Below, piece by piece: positions 27,303 to 38,265 of a DNA stretch of 64,000 nucleotides (the first letter of the stretch is position 1; each line of letters starts with the position of its first letter). The notes below the pieces were generated by a model. It did not search any database, had not been told where the DNA came from, and worked only from the letters and a program-made list of their open reading frames with translations. Made by a program: the position numbers and the translations under genes. Source of the DNA: an uncultured Acidobacteriota bacterium (GTDB lineage: Bacteria > Acidobacteriota > Terriglobia > Terriglobales > Acidobacteriaceae); assembly GCA_963758005.1 (NCBI GenBank), contig CAVWTR010000001.1, forward strand, positions 7,737-71,736, given 5' to 3'.

Positions 27303-27339
27303 CAGGGCCCTCCATAACGGAGGCCCTGTTTTTATTTTT
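27303..27339 (+). terminator. Rho-independent terminator
   Basis: Stem cagggcc(c)tcc / ggaggccctg with loop ataac, followed by tttttattttt. Confidence 0.85.
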
Positions 27340-27374
27340 GTTTTCTCCCAGGCCGTACTTACTTGTTCCCCTAC

Positions 27375-28790
27375 TTAGTTATTCCCCAGAGCGCCAATTC
27401 CGATTGGATCCTGCAAAGGCTCTTTGCTAACCCGCGTGCCAAGCGGGATCACGGCTTCTACCACCGATCCCCCGCTCGACGAGTCCACCCGGATCTCGCC
27501 GCCGAACTCCGCCAGTCTTTCTCTCATCCCGCCCAGACCGATGCCGGGCGCCGCACCAGCGCGAAAAAGCGCCAGAATCTCCGGCGGAATGCCTCTTCCG
27601 TCATCTGCAACTGTTAGGGTGACGTGTCCATCGCGAGAACAGATTCGAACATGCACGGATTGGGCCGCCGCGTGACGGTACACATTGGTCAGCGCCTCCT
27701 GCAAAACACGAAACAATGCGATCTCGATCTCTCTGGGTAGGCGTTCAATAGGCTCGACTATTAACAGCGACACCTTGACCTGGCTGCGTTTTCCAAACTC
27801 GTCCACATACCAACGCGCCGCCGGAAGGAATCCTAAATCTTCCAGCAATGGCGGATGGAGGAGATGCGAAATTGTCCGTACCTCCTGAAGAGCATAGTCA
27901 GTGAGTTCGATAGTCTCAAGAATCAACCTGCAATTCTCGATACGTGGTCCGCCGTCGATCTGACTAAGACTAATCTTGAGTCCTGCCAGATACTGACCGA
28001 CGCTGTCGTGGAGTTCTCGCGCGATGCGCCGCCGTTCCGCGTCCTGCAATTCCAGAATCCTGGCGCTCATCAGGCGATAGGAGTCCGCATTAGCACGCGA
28101 CTGCTTCTCCGTATCCTGGGTCAGAGCGACCTCACTCAAAAGGGTTCGAAAATGGTACGCCAGCATCAGGGTCACGACCGTAAAAGCTAATCCCAGCATA
28201 AATACATTGCGCCTGAACACGCGGTCCCAGGCCTTCAGGCTTCGCTCGAGCTGCGTATCCTCTTCATCTTGCATGCTCTTTACGATGGCGGTAATTTGCT
28301 GGTTGCGAGCGTCAATATTATTTTGTTGTCTCGGCTGGCGAGGCGAAATCTGCGTTCGAGTCCTTGCCGAATCCTGCCGACTCTCAACGCGAGACACGTT
28401 CTCCTTGAGTAGCTGGCCAAGCTGATACAGGCGTTGTCGCTGCCCAGGATTGTCCGCAGTGAGCCTGCGGAGTTCGTCCAGCGTTTGAAACGCCAATTCA
28501 GACCGCTCACGGAATTGCAGGAGTTGTTGCTTTCCCGGTCGCAAGATATCGGTGGTTTCGCCGACCTCGGTGCGCGTGAGTTCCAACTGCAGATCGCTCA
28601 ATTGAGATCGCACCTGATAGGTGTGAATGATCCAGTCGCGGCTGACCACAATGCCACGTTCCGTGAAATAGGCCACAGCACCGAGTGCGATGATGGTAAT
28701 AAATACCAGAGTCAGAGAGACGAAGCGGATAGTGAGAGACGAGGCTTTTACGCTCGGTGGCTTGCAATCTGGATTCCTCGCGATTCTCAT
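27375..28790 (-). CDS. CHASE3-domain sensor histidine kinase (HisKA_3/NarX type)
   Basis: TM helix, then a CHASE3-like segment VVSRDWIIHTYQVRSQLSDLQLEL...LDELRRLTADNPGQRQRL, then a second TM helix. H-box RRRIARELHDSVGQ, N-box LQEALTNVYRHA, G1 DDGRGI, G2 GIGLGGMRERL. The ATG at 28790 is preferred over the track start at 28895. Confidence 0.85.
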   Translation of the reverse strand: MRIARNPDCKPPSVKASSLTIRFVSLTLVFITIIALGAVAYFTERGIVVSRDWIIHTYQVRSQLSDLQLELTRTEVGETTDILRPGKQQLLQFRERSELAFQTLDELRRLTADNPGQRQRLYQLGQLLKENVSRVESRQDSARTRTQISPRQPRQQNNIDARNQQITAIVKSMQDEEDTQLERSLKAWDRVFRRNVFMLGLAFTVVTLMLAYHFRTLLSEVALTQDTEKQSRANADSYRLMSARILELQDAERRRIARELHDSVGQYLAGLKISLSQIDGGPRIENCRLILETIELTDYALQEVRTISHLLHPPLLEDLGFLPAARWYVDEFGKRSQVKVSLLIVEPIERLPREIEIALFRVLQEALTNVYRHAAAQSVHVRICSRDGHVTLTVADDGRGIPPEILALFRAGAAPGIGLGGMRERLAEFGGEIRVDSSSGGSVVEAVIPLGTRVSKEPLQDPIGIGALGNN

Positions 28791-29164
28791 ATTCGTCCTG
28801 GCCCGCCTCGTCCTGCCCGCCACCGATCGACTGACCCGACCGAATCCGGCTCGACGACCTTCACTAACTGTCCCTCTTGTCTGGCCCGGTCGCAATGGAC
28901 TCGACCCCGTAGACGTTCGGAGGATCTCTGGTAGGTGGCGCTAACTCAATCAGCAGAAGGTGGATCCGGCGACCAAGGATGGCTTCCAAGCGGTCAAACT
29001 GCAAAGGCCCGGCTCGGGCCATCGTGTGCAGTCACTCCGAAATGGACGTGGCCGCCGGCATCCGGCCACGCACAGGATAAAAAACGGGCGGCGATGTGTG
29101 GAATCGGTGAAAGCGTGTATGGGAAGGTTTTGATTCCCTGATTGCTTTTGCTGACTCGTGACCC

Positions 29165-29584
29165 TTGTTCTCACAAGTGCATCCAAACGTCCGCATGATG
29201 ACATTGGGTTTTCAAGTCGCCTCGCTTCTGGTGCTGGGCATCCCGGTGGCCTGTGTCGCGTGGACCGTGACGCACGAAGAGGTATTCCGCGAACCGCGCC
29301 AATACTGCCAGAAGGAATGTGCGCGAGCTCAGTCCTTTGTCCGGCGAAAGTTCTTTTATTTGTTCACCTGCGAATATTGCTTCAGCCACTATGTCGCGGC
29401 GGGAGTTCTCGCTGTCGCGCGCTACAGATTGCTCTTTCCGGACTGGCGGGGATACGTTGTGGCCTTCTTTTCCTTAGTATGGATCGCCAACCTGTACATG
29501 AGTATTTACAACCGTTTGCGGCTCGACATCAAGCATGAACAGGTTGCAATCAAGACTGACGAGCAGAAAGTCATCAGTGATTAA
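29165..29584 (+). CDS. Hypothetical integral membrane protein (possibly DUF1360-like)
   Basis: Three to four hydrophobic helices and a CxxxC/CxxC-containing loop (YCQKECARAQ...FTCEYCFSHY). The start is uncertain (TTG 29165 or ATG 29195). Confidence 0.55.
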   Translation: MFSQVHPNVRMMTLGFQVASLLVLGIPVACVAWTVTHEEVFREPRQYCQKECARAQSFVRRKFFYLFTCEYCFSHYVAAGVLAVARYRLLFPDWRGYVVAFFSLVWIANLYMSIYNRLRLDIKHEQVAIKTDEQKVISD

Positions 29585-29600
29585 TTAGAAGCGTGATTGG

Positions 29601-31205
29601 TTAGACCGTGACAGGGACTTGCGTCGGTTCATGCCGCCGGGAAGGGATAATTACTTCAACGATCGTTCCGGGATTGGCATTCGCCAATCGGAGATGGCCG
29701 CCAAGTTCTGACACTCGTTGCCTCATTCCGCCGATGCCCACTCCGACGCTCTCGGGCCGCAATTGAATCACCCGCTCTTCGACTCCTTTACCATCGTCGG
29801 TCACAGTCACAAAGATGCGGCCGTCAATTTCCTTGAGGCTCACCTGCCCGTGCCGAGCTCCGGAGTGCCGAAACATGTTGGTCAGAGCCTCCTGAATGAT
29901 GCGGAAGATGGCGGTCTCCAGCTCCGATGTCAGCCGCCCAAGATTCGGTGGATCGACTTCTAAGTGAATCTCAATTCCGCTGCGTTCCGAAAGTCCCTCT
30001 AAGTACCAGCGAAGGGCAGAGACCAGACCAACCTCGTCGAGCAGAGGAGGGTGAAGAAGATGGGAAATCGTTCGGACCTGCTTGATGGCGCGGTCGACCA
30101 ATTGGCTCGCGTCAGCAGCCGCTTCACGCGTGGAAGGTGAGCCATCCTTGGAGAGAAATCCGTCCAGGATCATTTTCGCCGCAGCGAGTTCTTGCCCCAG
30201 ACCATCATGAATTTCGCGCGCGATTCTGCGCCGCTCCTCGTCCTGCATGGTCATCAAGCGGCCGGAAAGTCGCCTAAGTTCAGCAGTCCTGATATCGACC
30301 ATCCTCTCCAATTCAATCGCGCTATCGCGAATCGATTGTTCGAGGACCTTACTGTCGTGAATATCTGAACAAGTCCCATACCACTTAACGATGCTTCCTT
30401 TCGGATCTCGAAGCGGGACGGCACGCGCCCGGAACCAGCGGTACTGTCCGTCGACGCCGCGCATACGGTATTCAGATTCGTACCCTGCCCCGGACTGCAC
30501 GCATCGCAACCACTCCGCCGGGCTCCTCTCTTTGTCGTCAGGGTGCAGAAATTCCATCCAGCCAAATCCAACGGCGGTACCCGGCGGAGCACCGGTGTAT
30601 TCATAAAATCTGCTGCTGATGTAATCCCTCGCGCCGTCCGATTGCCGGCTGAAGATGATATCGGGAGCGGTCTGCACAATAGCATCCAGTTCCTGGTTTT
30701 TCTGCGCGAGGTCAAGATTAAGTCTCTGCAGCGCCAATGCCTTTTGTTCCAGCTCAAGCGTCCGATCAGCGACACGCTGTTCGAGTTCATTGTTTAGCCG
30801 CTCAAGCTGCAGTTTCTTTCGGTGGAGCTCGGTGAAGACTCTCACCTTGGCGCGTAAAACTTCCGGCACGATCGGCACCGAAAGATAATCCACCGCGCCG
30901 TGCTGATATCCCTTGAGCCGGTCGAAGTCGGTCAAATGAACGGCGGAGACAAAGATGATGGCAGTTTTTTGAAAGCGCGGGTGTTGTCGAATAATCTCGG
31001 CGAGTTCGAAGCCGTCGATTTCCGGCATGCTCACGTCCATCAGAACGACGGCGACATCCGTCTTGAGCAACTTCTCGAGAGCATCCTTGGCAGAAGTCGC
31101 CTTGATGAGGTTCTCCCCCAGATCGGCCAGAATTGCTTCATAACTGAGCAATTTGCCCGGTTGATCATCGACCATGAGAATGTTCATTCGTTCGTGCATG
31201 CTCAT
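29601..31205 (-). CDS. Receiver-PAS-histidine kinase (HisKA_3 type)
   Basis: N-terminal REC segment NILMVDDQPGKLL...VVLMDVSMPEIDG, then a coiled coil, then PAS/PAC (IIFSRQSDGARDYISSRFYEYTG...YRMRGVDGQYRWF). H-box RRRIAREIHDGLGQ, N-box IQEALTNMFRHS, G1 DDGKGV, G2 GVGIGGMRQRV. Confidence 0.88.
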   Translation of the reverse strand: MSMHERMNILMVDDQPGKLLSYEAILADLGENLIKATSAKDALEKLLKTDVAVVLMDVSMPEIDGFELAEIIRQHPRFQKTAIIFVSAVHLTDFDRLKGYQHGAVDYLSVPIVPEVLRAKVRVFTELHRKKLQLERLNNELEQRVADRTLELEQKALALQRLNLDLAQKNQELDAIVQTAPDIIFSRQSDGARDYISSRFYEYTGAPPGTAVGFGWMEFLHPDDKERSPAEWLRCVQSGAGYESEYRMRGVDGQYRWFRARAVPLRDPKGSIVKWYGTCSDIHDSKVLEQSIRDSAIELERMVDIRTAELRRLSGRLMTMQDEERRRIAREIHDGLGQELAAAKMILDGFLSKDGSPSTREAAADASQLVDRAIKQVRTISHLLHPPLLDEVGLVSALRWYLEGLSERSGIEIHLEVDPPNLGRLTSELETAIFRIIQEALTNMFRHSGARHGQVSLKEIDGRIFVTVTDDGKGVEERVIQLRPESVGVGIGGMRQRVSELGGHLRLANANPGTIVEVIIPSRRHEPTQVPVTV

Positions 31206-31278
31206 GATTGTCTCAATACTCCGATCTGGCCCCTCACACTTCTACGCCTGCGATGACGAATCAAACCGATCCTCTATC

Positions 31279-34200
31279 TTATCTGTGCAACCACATGCGA
31301 AGCGCCGAAAGCAGTTGCTCGGTATTAACTGGTTTGGCCAAATACTCTGAAGCTCCCGCTTCCAGGCACTTTTCGCGATCGCCCTTCATCGCTTTCGCAG
31401 TTAGAGCAATAATCGGCAACCTTCGGAAGGACGGATTCTGCCGAATCACCTGCATGGTCGCATATCCATCCATCTCGGGCATCATGATGTCCATCAAAAC
31501 AATCGCCACATCCGGAGTTGACTCCAGTATGGAGATTGCTTCGCGGCCGGTTCCAGCCGTCAAGACGGTCATTCCGCGGCGCTCCAGAACGCTGCTGAGA
31601 GCGAAGATGTTGCGCATGTCGTCGTCCACGACCAGCACTTTCTTCGCTACCAGGGCCTCATCGGAGCGATGCAGTCGATCCAGCATCCTTTGTTTTTCCT
31701 GCGGCAGATCCGCCACTACCCGATGCAGGAAGAGTGCCGTCTCGTCGAGCAGGCGCTCCGGCGATTCCACGCCTTTCACGACCACGCTGCGGGCCAGCAT
31801 GTGCAGTCGCGCGTCCTCCTCCGGAGACAATTCTTTTCCCGTAAATACAACGACGGGAAGATCGTTCACCGCAGGGATATCGCGCATGCGTTCGAGGACG
31901 TCAAAGCCCGTCATGTCGGGTAATCGCAAGTCCAGCACGACGCAGTCGAACGTCTCGCGGGTCACCAGGTCGAGAGCTTCCGCGCCGCTGGAGACAACAA
32001 AGACGTCGATGTCGTCATAACCCAGCAGCTCGCGGATGCTCATTTGCTCCGCCGGATTGTCCTCGACAATCAGCAGCCGCTTGCGCCGAGGTGAGGCGTA
32101 GTCCTTGATGCGGCCCAGCGCAGAATCGAGATCCTCGGGGCTTGTCGGCTTGTTCACAAAAGCAAACGCGCCTCGAGCCAATCCGTGATGCCGGTCTTCG
32201 TCCAGAGTCAGCATTTGTACCGGAATGTGCCGGGTGGCCGGATCTTGTTTCAAGTGATTGAGTACCGTCCAACCCAGCATGTCAGGCAAGAACACGTCCA
32301 ACGAAACCGCCGTGGGATGGAACTCGCGAGCCAGCGCGAGAGCCTCCGCTCCTCGCAGCGCGACAAGAACTTTGAATCCCTTGTCGCGCGACAAATCGCA
32401 GAGCACGCGGGCATAATGCGGATCGTCCTCGACAATGAGCAGCACGGCATCGTCCGGCTGCAGATTGTCGCGGTCGTCCACAATCCGGTCGACTGGAAGT
32501 TCCGACACGACGATATTCGACAGTTGAAGAGGCGTGGTCGTCGCCGATGTGCGCCAGTCGGAAGTGGTCAGCTTCGACGCCGACGGTCCGACGTAGTTAA
32601 GCGGCAGATAAAGTATGAACGTGCTGCCTTGACCGGGCGTGCTGCGGAGCTGAATCTCGCCGCCCAAAAGGCTTGCAAGTTCACGGCTGATGGCCAGCCC
32701 CAGGCCCGTTCCGCCGTATTTGCGGCTGGTGCTGGCATCTGCCTGCTGGAAGGCCTCGAAGATGATGCGCTGCTTATCGAGAGCAATTCCGATTCCTGAA
32801 TCGGTGACCTCAAAGGCGACCACTGAAGCCCCACCGCTGAGAATGGGATGATCTTCGCTCCATCCCTTTGTGGCCACCGACACGGCAAGCCGGACCGACC
32901 CATGCTCGGTGAACTTGAACGCGTTCGACAACAGATTTTTCAGCACCTGTTGCAGACGCTTCGAGTCGGTTACCAGACTGCGGGTAAGTTGCGGATCGGT
33001 CTGTACCTCGAAAGCCAGCCTGCGATTCTCCGCCTCGTGCCGGAAAGGCCGGGCCACCATTTCGAGCAGGTTGGTAAAGAATACTTCCTGCGCCTCGACC
33101 GATACCGTTCCGGACTCGATCTTCGAGAGATCGAGAATGTCGCTGATCAGGTTCAGCAAGTCAGTGCCGGCACCGTGAATCGTTCGTGCAAACTCCACCT
33201 GCTTGGCCGTCAGATTGTGGTCAGGATTCTCGCTGAGCTGCTGGCCGAGCACAAGAATGCTGTTCAGCGGCGTTCGCAATTCGTGCGACATGTTGGCGAG
33301 GAATTCTGATTTGTATTTGGAAGTTAGTGCAAGTTCCTTTGCCTTCTCTTCCAGAGCGCGACGGGCTTGCTCAATTTCCTGGTTCTTGCGTTCTACTTCC
33401 ACGTTCTGCTCGGCAAGTTGCTGGGCTTTTTGTGCGAGCTGCTCGTTGGTCTGTTGCAGTTCTTTTTGCTGGGTTTGCAGTTCGGCGGCAAGTTGCTGAG
33501 ACTGTTTGAGAAGTCCTTCTGTCTGCATCGTCGCTTCAATACTGTTCAGCACGATGCCGATGCTGGCAGTGAGCTGCTCGAGGAATGCCAGGTGAGAAGC
33601 CGTGAATGCGTTCAAAGAGGCGAGTTCAATTACCGCTTTCACGCGATCTTCAAAAAGCACCGGGAGGACAATCACATTTCGCGGAACTGACTCAAATAAA
33701 CCGGAACGAATGGGAACTGTCTGCTCCGGCAGGTCTGAAATCAACATGCGGCGCTTTTCCGACGCAACCTGCCCTACCAGCCCTTCGCCGATTCGCAGCC
33801 GGCGCAGGTGTCCCTTTTCGCCGTCATCGGCAAATGCTGACAGCAGCACCATGCCCGCCGTTTCTTCGGTTTCCATCTGATAAATCACGCCCTGCTGTGC
33901 GTTCACCAGCGGAGCGAGTTCGGAAAGCAACATGCGACCTACGGTCGCCAGATCGCGCTGGCCCTGCAACATTCCGGTAAAGCGAGCCAGATTTGTTTTG
34001 AGCCAGTCTTGTTCCGTGTTGCGGTCCGTGGTGAGCCGAAGGTTGTCGATCATGGTGTTGAGGTTGTCCTTCAAGTCCGCAACCTCGCCGCTCGCCTCCA
34101 CCTGAATCGAGCGGGTCAGATCACCTTTCGTGACGGCGGTCGCAACCTCGGCAATGGCGCGCACTTGATTGGTCAAGTTGTCAGCCAACAGGTTGACATT

Positions 34201-37200
34201 GCCGGTTAGATCTTTCCACGTTCCGGCTGCGCCGGGAACGTTCGCCTGTCCACCCAGTCTGCCTTCGACGCCCACTTCGCGCGCGACGGTCGTGACCTGG
34301 TCGGCAAACGTTGCCAGCGTATTCGTCATGTTGTTGATGGTCTCGGCTAGTGCCGCGACTTCGCCCTTGGCATTCACCGTGAGCTTCTGGGTGAGGTCTC
34401 CGTTGGCAACAGCCGTCACGACCTTCACGATGCCGCGTACCTGCTCGGTGAGGTTGACTGCCATGACGTTGACGTTGTCGGTAAGATCCTTCCACGTTCC
34501 GGCCACGCCGGGCACCTGCGCCTGGCCACCCAGCTTGCCGTCAGTGCCGACTTCGCGCGCCACGCGCGTGACTTCAGCGGCGAACGCGTTCAACTGGTCC
34601 ACCATCGTATTGATAGTGTTCTTGAGTTCGAGAATTTCACCTTTTACGTCGACCGTGATTTTGCGCGACAAATCGCCGCGGGCCACAGCCGTTGTGACTT
34701 CGGCGATATTTCGCACCTGACCCGTTAAGTTGCCAGCCATCGCATTGACGGAGTCGGTGAGATCTTTCCAAGTGCCAGCGACTCCCGGGACGTTGGCCTG
34801 TCCGCCCAACCGGCCTTCGCTACCGACTTCGCGGGCCACACGCGTGACTTCGGCGGCGAATGATCGCAGCTGCTCGACCATCGTATTCAGCGTTTCTTTG
34901 AGCTGCAAAATTTCGCCGCGTACGTCGACCGTAATCTTCTTCGAAAGATCGCCGTTCGCGATTGCGGTTGCGACCTCGGCGATGTTTCGAACCTGGCCAG
35001 TGAGATTGCTGGCCATGAAGTTGACGTTGTCGGTGAGATCCTTCCACGTACCTGCAACGCCGGGCACTTGCGCTTGCCCTCCCAGCTTGCCGTCGGTGCC
35101 GACTTCGCGCGCGACGCGCGTTACTTCGCCGGCGAACGCATTGAGCTGGTCGACCATCGTATTGATGGTGTTCTTGAGCTCGAGAATTTCGCCCTTCACG
35201 TCGACCGTGATCTTGCGTGACAAATCGCCGCGCGCCACAGCCGTCGTGACTTCCGCGATGTTTCGCACTTGGCCGGTGAGGTTTCCGGCCATGGAGTTTA
35301 CGGAATCAGTGAGATCCTTCCACGTACCAGCCACACCCGGGACCTGAGCCTGACCGCCGAGTTTGCCTTCCGAACCGACTTCGCGGGCCACACGGGTGAC
35401 TTCGGCGGCGAACGCGTTCAGTTGGTCCACCATCGTATTGATGGTTTCCTTGAGTAGCAGAATCTCGCCGCTCACGTTGACCGTGATCTTCTTGGAAAGA
35501 TCGCCGCTGGCAATGGCCGTCGATACCTCGGCGATGTTACGCACCTGGCCAGTCAAGTTGCTGGCCATGGAATTCACCGAGTCAGTAAGGTCCTTCCACG
35601 TTCCGCCGACACCAGGTACGAGAGCTTGGCCGCCCAGCTTGCCGTCGGTGCCGACTTCGCGAGCCACGCGTGTAACTTCTGACGCGAATGATCGCAATTG
35701 GTCCACCATGGTGTTCATGGTGTCTTTCAGCTCAAGAATTTCACCTTTCACGTCGACTGTGATCTTGCGCGACAAATCGCCGCGCGCCACGGCCGTCGCG
35801 ACTTCCGCAATGTTTCGCACCTGACCAGTGAGGTTGTTGGCCATGAAGTTGACGTTGTCCGTGAGATCCTTCCACGTACCGGCCACTCCGGGCACCTGCG
35901 CCTGACCGCCCAGCTTGCCTTCCGTGCCTACCTCGCGAGCCACACGCGTTACTTCACCAGCGAATGCATTCAGCTGATCCACCATCGTATTAATGGTGTT
36001 CTTGAGTTCGAGAATTTCGCCTTTCACATCGACGGTGATCTTGCGCGACAAATCGCCGCGGGCCACGGCCGTTGTGACCTCTGCAATGTTTCGTACCTGG
36101 CCAGTCAAGTTACCGGCCATGGAGTTCACCGAGTCGGTGAGATCTTTCCAGGTTCCGGCGACGCCAGGGACGTTCGCCTGTCCGCCCAACCGGCCTTCGG
36201 TACCGACTTCGCGGGCCACGCGCGTCACTTCACCGGCGAAGCGGTTCAGCTGATCGACCATCGTGTTAAGAGTTTCTTTGAGCTGTAGAATCTCGCCGCG
36301 GACATCAACCGTGATTTTGCGCGACAAGTCGCCGCTGGCGATGGCCGTTGCAACTTCCGCGATGTTACGCACCTGGCCCGTCAAGTTGCTGGCCATGAAG
36401 TTCACGTTATCGGTAAGATCTTTCCACGTGCCACCGACTCCGGGCACTTGTGCCTGGCCGCCCAGCTTGCCTTCCGTGCCAACTTCGCGAGCTACGCGCG
36501 TAACTTCACCGGCAAACGCGTTCAGCTGATCGACCATCGTGTTGATGGTGTCTTTGAGTTCGAGAATTTCGCCTTTCACGTCGACCGTGATCTTGCGCGA
36601 CAAGTCGCCGCGGGCCACAGCCGTTGTAACCTCTGCGATGTTACGGACCTGAGCCGTGAGGTTGCCGGCCATGGCGTTCACGGAATCCGTTAAATCTTTC
36701 CAGGTGCCGGCGACGCCGGGCACAACCGCCTGGCCACCGAGCTTTCCGTCGGTACCGACTTCTCGAGCGACGCGCGTTACTTCCGATGCGAACGACCGCA
36801 ATTGATCGACCATCGTGTTGATGGCTTCTTTGAGCTGCAGAATCTCGCCACGCACATCAACGGTAATTTTGCGGGATAAGTCACCGCTGGCCACGGCTGT
36901 GGCCACTTCAGCAATGTTGCGCACCTGACCAGTCAGATTGCTGGCCATGAGGTTGACGTTGTCGGTGAGATCTTTCCACGTACCGGCCACGTCCGGCACT
37001 TGCGCCTGGCCGCCCAGTTTTCCTTCGGTTCCTACTTCGCGCGCGACGCGTGTTACTTCCGCGGTGAACACGCCGAGCTGCTGAATCATCGTATTGACGA
37101 GGTTTGCGGATCGCAGGAACTCGCCTTCCAGTGGGCGCCCATCCACATCGAGTCGGACGGTCTGCGTAAGGTCGCCTTGCGCGACAGCTGCGATGGCACG

Positions 37201-37626
37201 CGTAACTTCGGCCGTCGGCCGGAGCAAGTCTTCGACCAGCGTGTTGACGGAGACTTCCATTTCGCCCCAGGCGCCGCGCGACTCATGAAACCGGGTACGC
37301 TCGCGGGTCTTGCCCTGCTTGCCAACGACGTGGCCGACCCGCTTCAATTCCTGCGCCATGTGTTGATTGGCAGCGACGATTTCGTTAAAAGTGTCGGCAA
37401 CTTTTCCCGCCAGCCCAACCCAAGTCCCCGGAAGGCGCACGGTGAAGTCGCCGTCGCGCATGGTCTGCAGGCTGGTCAGGATAACGGTGAGGTCGAGCGA
37501 CCCATCCCCGGCTTTGGGTTTGCCGTTATTCTTGGCACCGTTCTTGGCGCCATTGCTCTTCGCAATGGAGGAAGGAAGGTTCTCGGTGCCGTCGGGCACG
37601 ATTTCGTTCAGCGTGGATCTTTTCAT
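31279..37626 (-). CDS. Soluble giant hybrid histidine kinase: poly-HAMP array (11 x 92 aa), GAF, HisKA, HATPase, 3 x REC
   Basis: Uninterrupted 2115-codon ORF with no TM segment. Eleven tandem units each contain [10 protein letters not shown]..[20 protein letters not shown]. A GAF-like block follows (VIYQMETEE...[16 protein letters not shown]...). H-box [17 protein letters not shown]-box [13 protein letters not shown]1 TDSGIGI, G2 [12 protein letters not shown]. Three receivers are present ([10 protein letters not shown].., [10 protein letters not shown].., [10 protein letters not shown]..). Confidence 0.93.
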   Translation of the reverse strand: MKRSTLNEIVPDGTENLPSSIAKSNGAKNGAKNNGKPKAGDGSLDLTVILTSLQTMRDGDFTVRLPGTWVGLAGKVADTFNEIVAANQHMAQELKRVGHVVGKQGKTRERTRFHESRGAWGEMEVSVNTLVEDLLRPTAEVTRAIAAVAQGDLTQTVRLDVDGRPLEGEFLRSANLVNTMIQQLGVFTAEVTRVAREVGTEGKLGGQAQVPDVAGTWKDLTDNVNLMASNLTGQVRNIAEVATAVASGDLSRKITVDVRGEILQLKEAINTMVDQLRSFASEVTRVAREVGTDGKLGGQAVVPGVAGTWKDLTDSVNAMAGNLTAQVRNIAEVTTAVARGDLSRKITVDVKGEILELKDTINTMVDQLNAFAGEVTRVAREVGTEGKLGGQAQVPGVGGTWKDLTDNVNFMASNLTGQVRNIAEVATAIASGDLSRKITVDVRGEILQLKETLNTMVDQLNRFAGEVTRVAREVGTEGRLGGQANVPGVAGTWKDLTDSVNSMAGNLTGQVRNIAEVTTAVARGDLSRKITVDVKGEILELKNTINTMVDQLNAFAGEVTRVAREVGTEGKLGGQAQVPGVAGTWKDLTDNVNFMANNLTGQVRNIAEVATAVARGDLSRKITVDVKGEILELKDTMNTMVDQLRSFASEVTRVAREVGTDGKLGGQALVPGVGGTWKDLTDSVNSMASNLTGQVRNIAEVSTAIASGDLSKKITVNVSGEILLLKETINTMVDQLNAFAAEVTRVAREVGSEGKLGGQAQVPGVAGTWKDLTDSVNSMAGNLTGQVRNIAEVTTAVARGDLSRKITVDVKGEILELKNTINTMVDQLNAFAGEVTRVAREVGTDGKLGGQAQVPGVAGTWKDLTDNVNFMASNLTGQVRNIAEVATAIANGDLSKKITVDVRGEILQLKETLNTMVEQLRSFAAEVTRVAREVGSEGRLGGQANVPGVAGTWKDLTDSVNAMAGNLTGQVRNIAEVTTAVARGDLSRKITVDVKGEILELKNTINTMVDQLNAFAAEVTRVAREVGTDGKLGGQAQVPGVAGTWKDLTDNVNVMAVNLTEQVRGIVKVVTAVANGDLTQKLTVNAKGEVAALAETINNMTNTLATFADQVTTVAREVGVEGRLGGQANVPGAAGTWKDLTGNVNLLADNLTNQVRAIAEVATAVTKGDLTRSIQVEASGEVADLKDNLNTMIDNLRLTTDRNTEQDWLKTNLARFTGMLQGQRDLATVGRMLLSELAPLVNAQQGVIYQMETEETAGMVLLSAFADDGEKGHLRRLRIGEGLVGQVASEKRRMLISDLPEQTVPIRSGLFESVPRNVIVLPVLFEDRVKAVIELASLNAFTASHLAFLEQLTASIGIVLNSIEATMQTEGLLKQSQQLAAELQTQQKELQQTNEQLAQKAQQLAEQNVEVERKNQEIEQARRALEEKAKELALTSKYKSEFLANMSHELRTPLNSILVLGQQLSENPDHNLTAKQVEFARTIHGAGTDLLNLISDILDLSKIESGTVSVEAQEVFFTNLLEMVARPFRHEAENRRLAFEVQTDPQLTRSLVTDSKRLQQVLKNLLSNAFKFTEHGSVRLAVSVATKGWSEDHPILSGGASVVAFEVTDSGIGIALDKQRIIFEAFQQADASTSRKYGGTGLGLAISRELASLLGGEIQLRSTPGQGSTFILYLPLNYVGPSASKLTTSDWRTSATTTPLQLSNIVVSELPVDRIVDDRDNLQPDDAVLLIVEDDPHYARVLCDLSRDKGFKVLVALRGAEALALAREFHPTAVSLDVFLPDMLGWTVLNHLKQDPATRHIPVQMLTLDEDRHHGLARGAFAFVNKPTSPEDLDSALGRIKDYASPRRKRLLIVEDNPAEQMSIRELLGYDDIDVFVVSSGAEALDLVTRETFDCVVLDLRLPDMTGFDVLERMRDIPAVNDLPVVVFTGKELSPEEDARLHMLARSVVVKGVESPERLLDETALFLHRVVADLPQEKQRMLDRLHRSDEALVAKKVLVVDDDMRNIFALSSVLERRGMTVLTAGTGREAISILESTPDVAIVLMDIMMPEMDGYATMQVIRQNPSFRRLPIIALTAKAMKGDREKCLEAGASEYLAKPVNTEQLLSALRMWLHR
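34033..37068 (-). repeat. Coding tandem repeat: 276-bp (92-aa) unit x11 inside the giant kinase
   Basis: Units begin at residue 187 ([13 protein letters not shown]) and run head to tail to residue 1198. Units 1-9 are near-identical in protein, while units 10-11 are more diverged. Confidence 0.9.
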
Positions 37627-37959
37627 CGTCTCTCCCAGAAAGTAAGGAGTTCTTCAAGGAAATCCATAACAGGGTTAGACACACTACCCGGGGAGGCTCG
37701 GCCATCAAGCCCGCGGGATTCTCTGACAGGTATTCGTACCACGATCGCTGGAGGGAGGCTCTAAGGTATTTCCTGTAGGAATGTTCGCAAGCGTAGCTGC
37801 ATACACAAAATTACCCAGGCCAGGGGGGAAATGCCCAGTGGGAATCGATGAGGGTTTTTGTAAGCCGTTCCGCTAACGTGCTTTCTGGGTCTGGCAATTC
37901 GCCTGCACTCAGCTCAACCCGACAGCTCGTCCGAATCTCGATTTCACCGGAGGCACCTC

Positions 37960-38178
37960 ATGAACGAGGAGCGCACTGAAGATCGCACTAAGGACTGGCG
38001 GGAACTCTGCAAAGCAGCCTCGAAGGAACTCGATCCCGCAAAGCTAATGGATTTGATTGCCGAGTTGAACCGAGCTCTGGACGAGCGCGATAAGAGACGA
38101 CGGAAAATGGCCGGACTGGATCCCCCGATAAGAGCTGAAGTGCAATATCTTTCCGGGGTGAACCGGAATGTGAGTTGA
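37960..38178 (+). CDS. Small hypothetical protein (72 aa)
   Basis: ATG preceded by a GGAGG motif. The N-terminal half looks helical (DWRELCKAASKELDPAKLMDLIAELNRALDERDKRRRK). Confidence 0.5.
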   Translation: MNEERTEDRTKDWRELCKAASKELDPAKLMDLIAELNRALDERDKRRRKMAGLDPPIRAEVQYLSGVNRNVS

Positions 38179-38235
38179 TTCCGAATGAACAGCCTAGAGG
38201 AATCAGCTGGAAGAAAGGGCGATTCCTCGCCCGCG

Positions 38236-38265
38236 TGGGACTGAACATCCTGGGACTGAACATGA
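38236..38265 (+). repeat. 15-bp tandem duplication (intergenic)
   Basis: Units are tgggactgaacatcc / tgggactgaacatga. Confidence 0.85.

Noticed and set aside
31208-32020. 270-aa plus-strand ORF
   Set aside because: It is antisense to the three receiver domains of the giant kinase. It is Ser/Arg-rich, has no motifs, and begins inside the intergenic gap.
34169-36529. Series of long plus-strand ORFs (e.g. 34169-34720, 34730-35347, 35363-35824, 35698-36288) with periodic S/T/P/R-rich translations
   Set aside because: They are mirror-frame artefacts of the 276-bp coding repeat on the minus strand. They repeat with the same period and have low-complexity composition and no ribosome-binding sites. 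The minus frame carries unambiguous HAMP, GAF and kinase motifs in one unbroken 2115-codon ORF.
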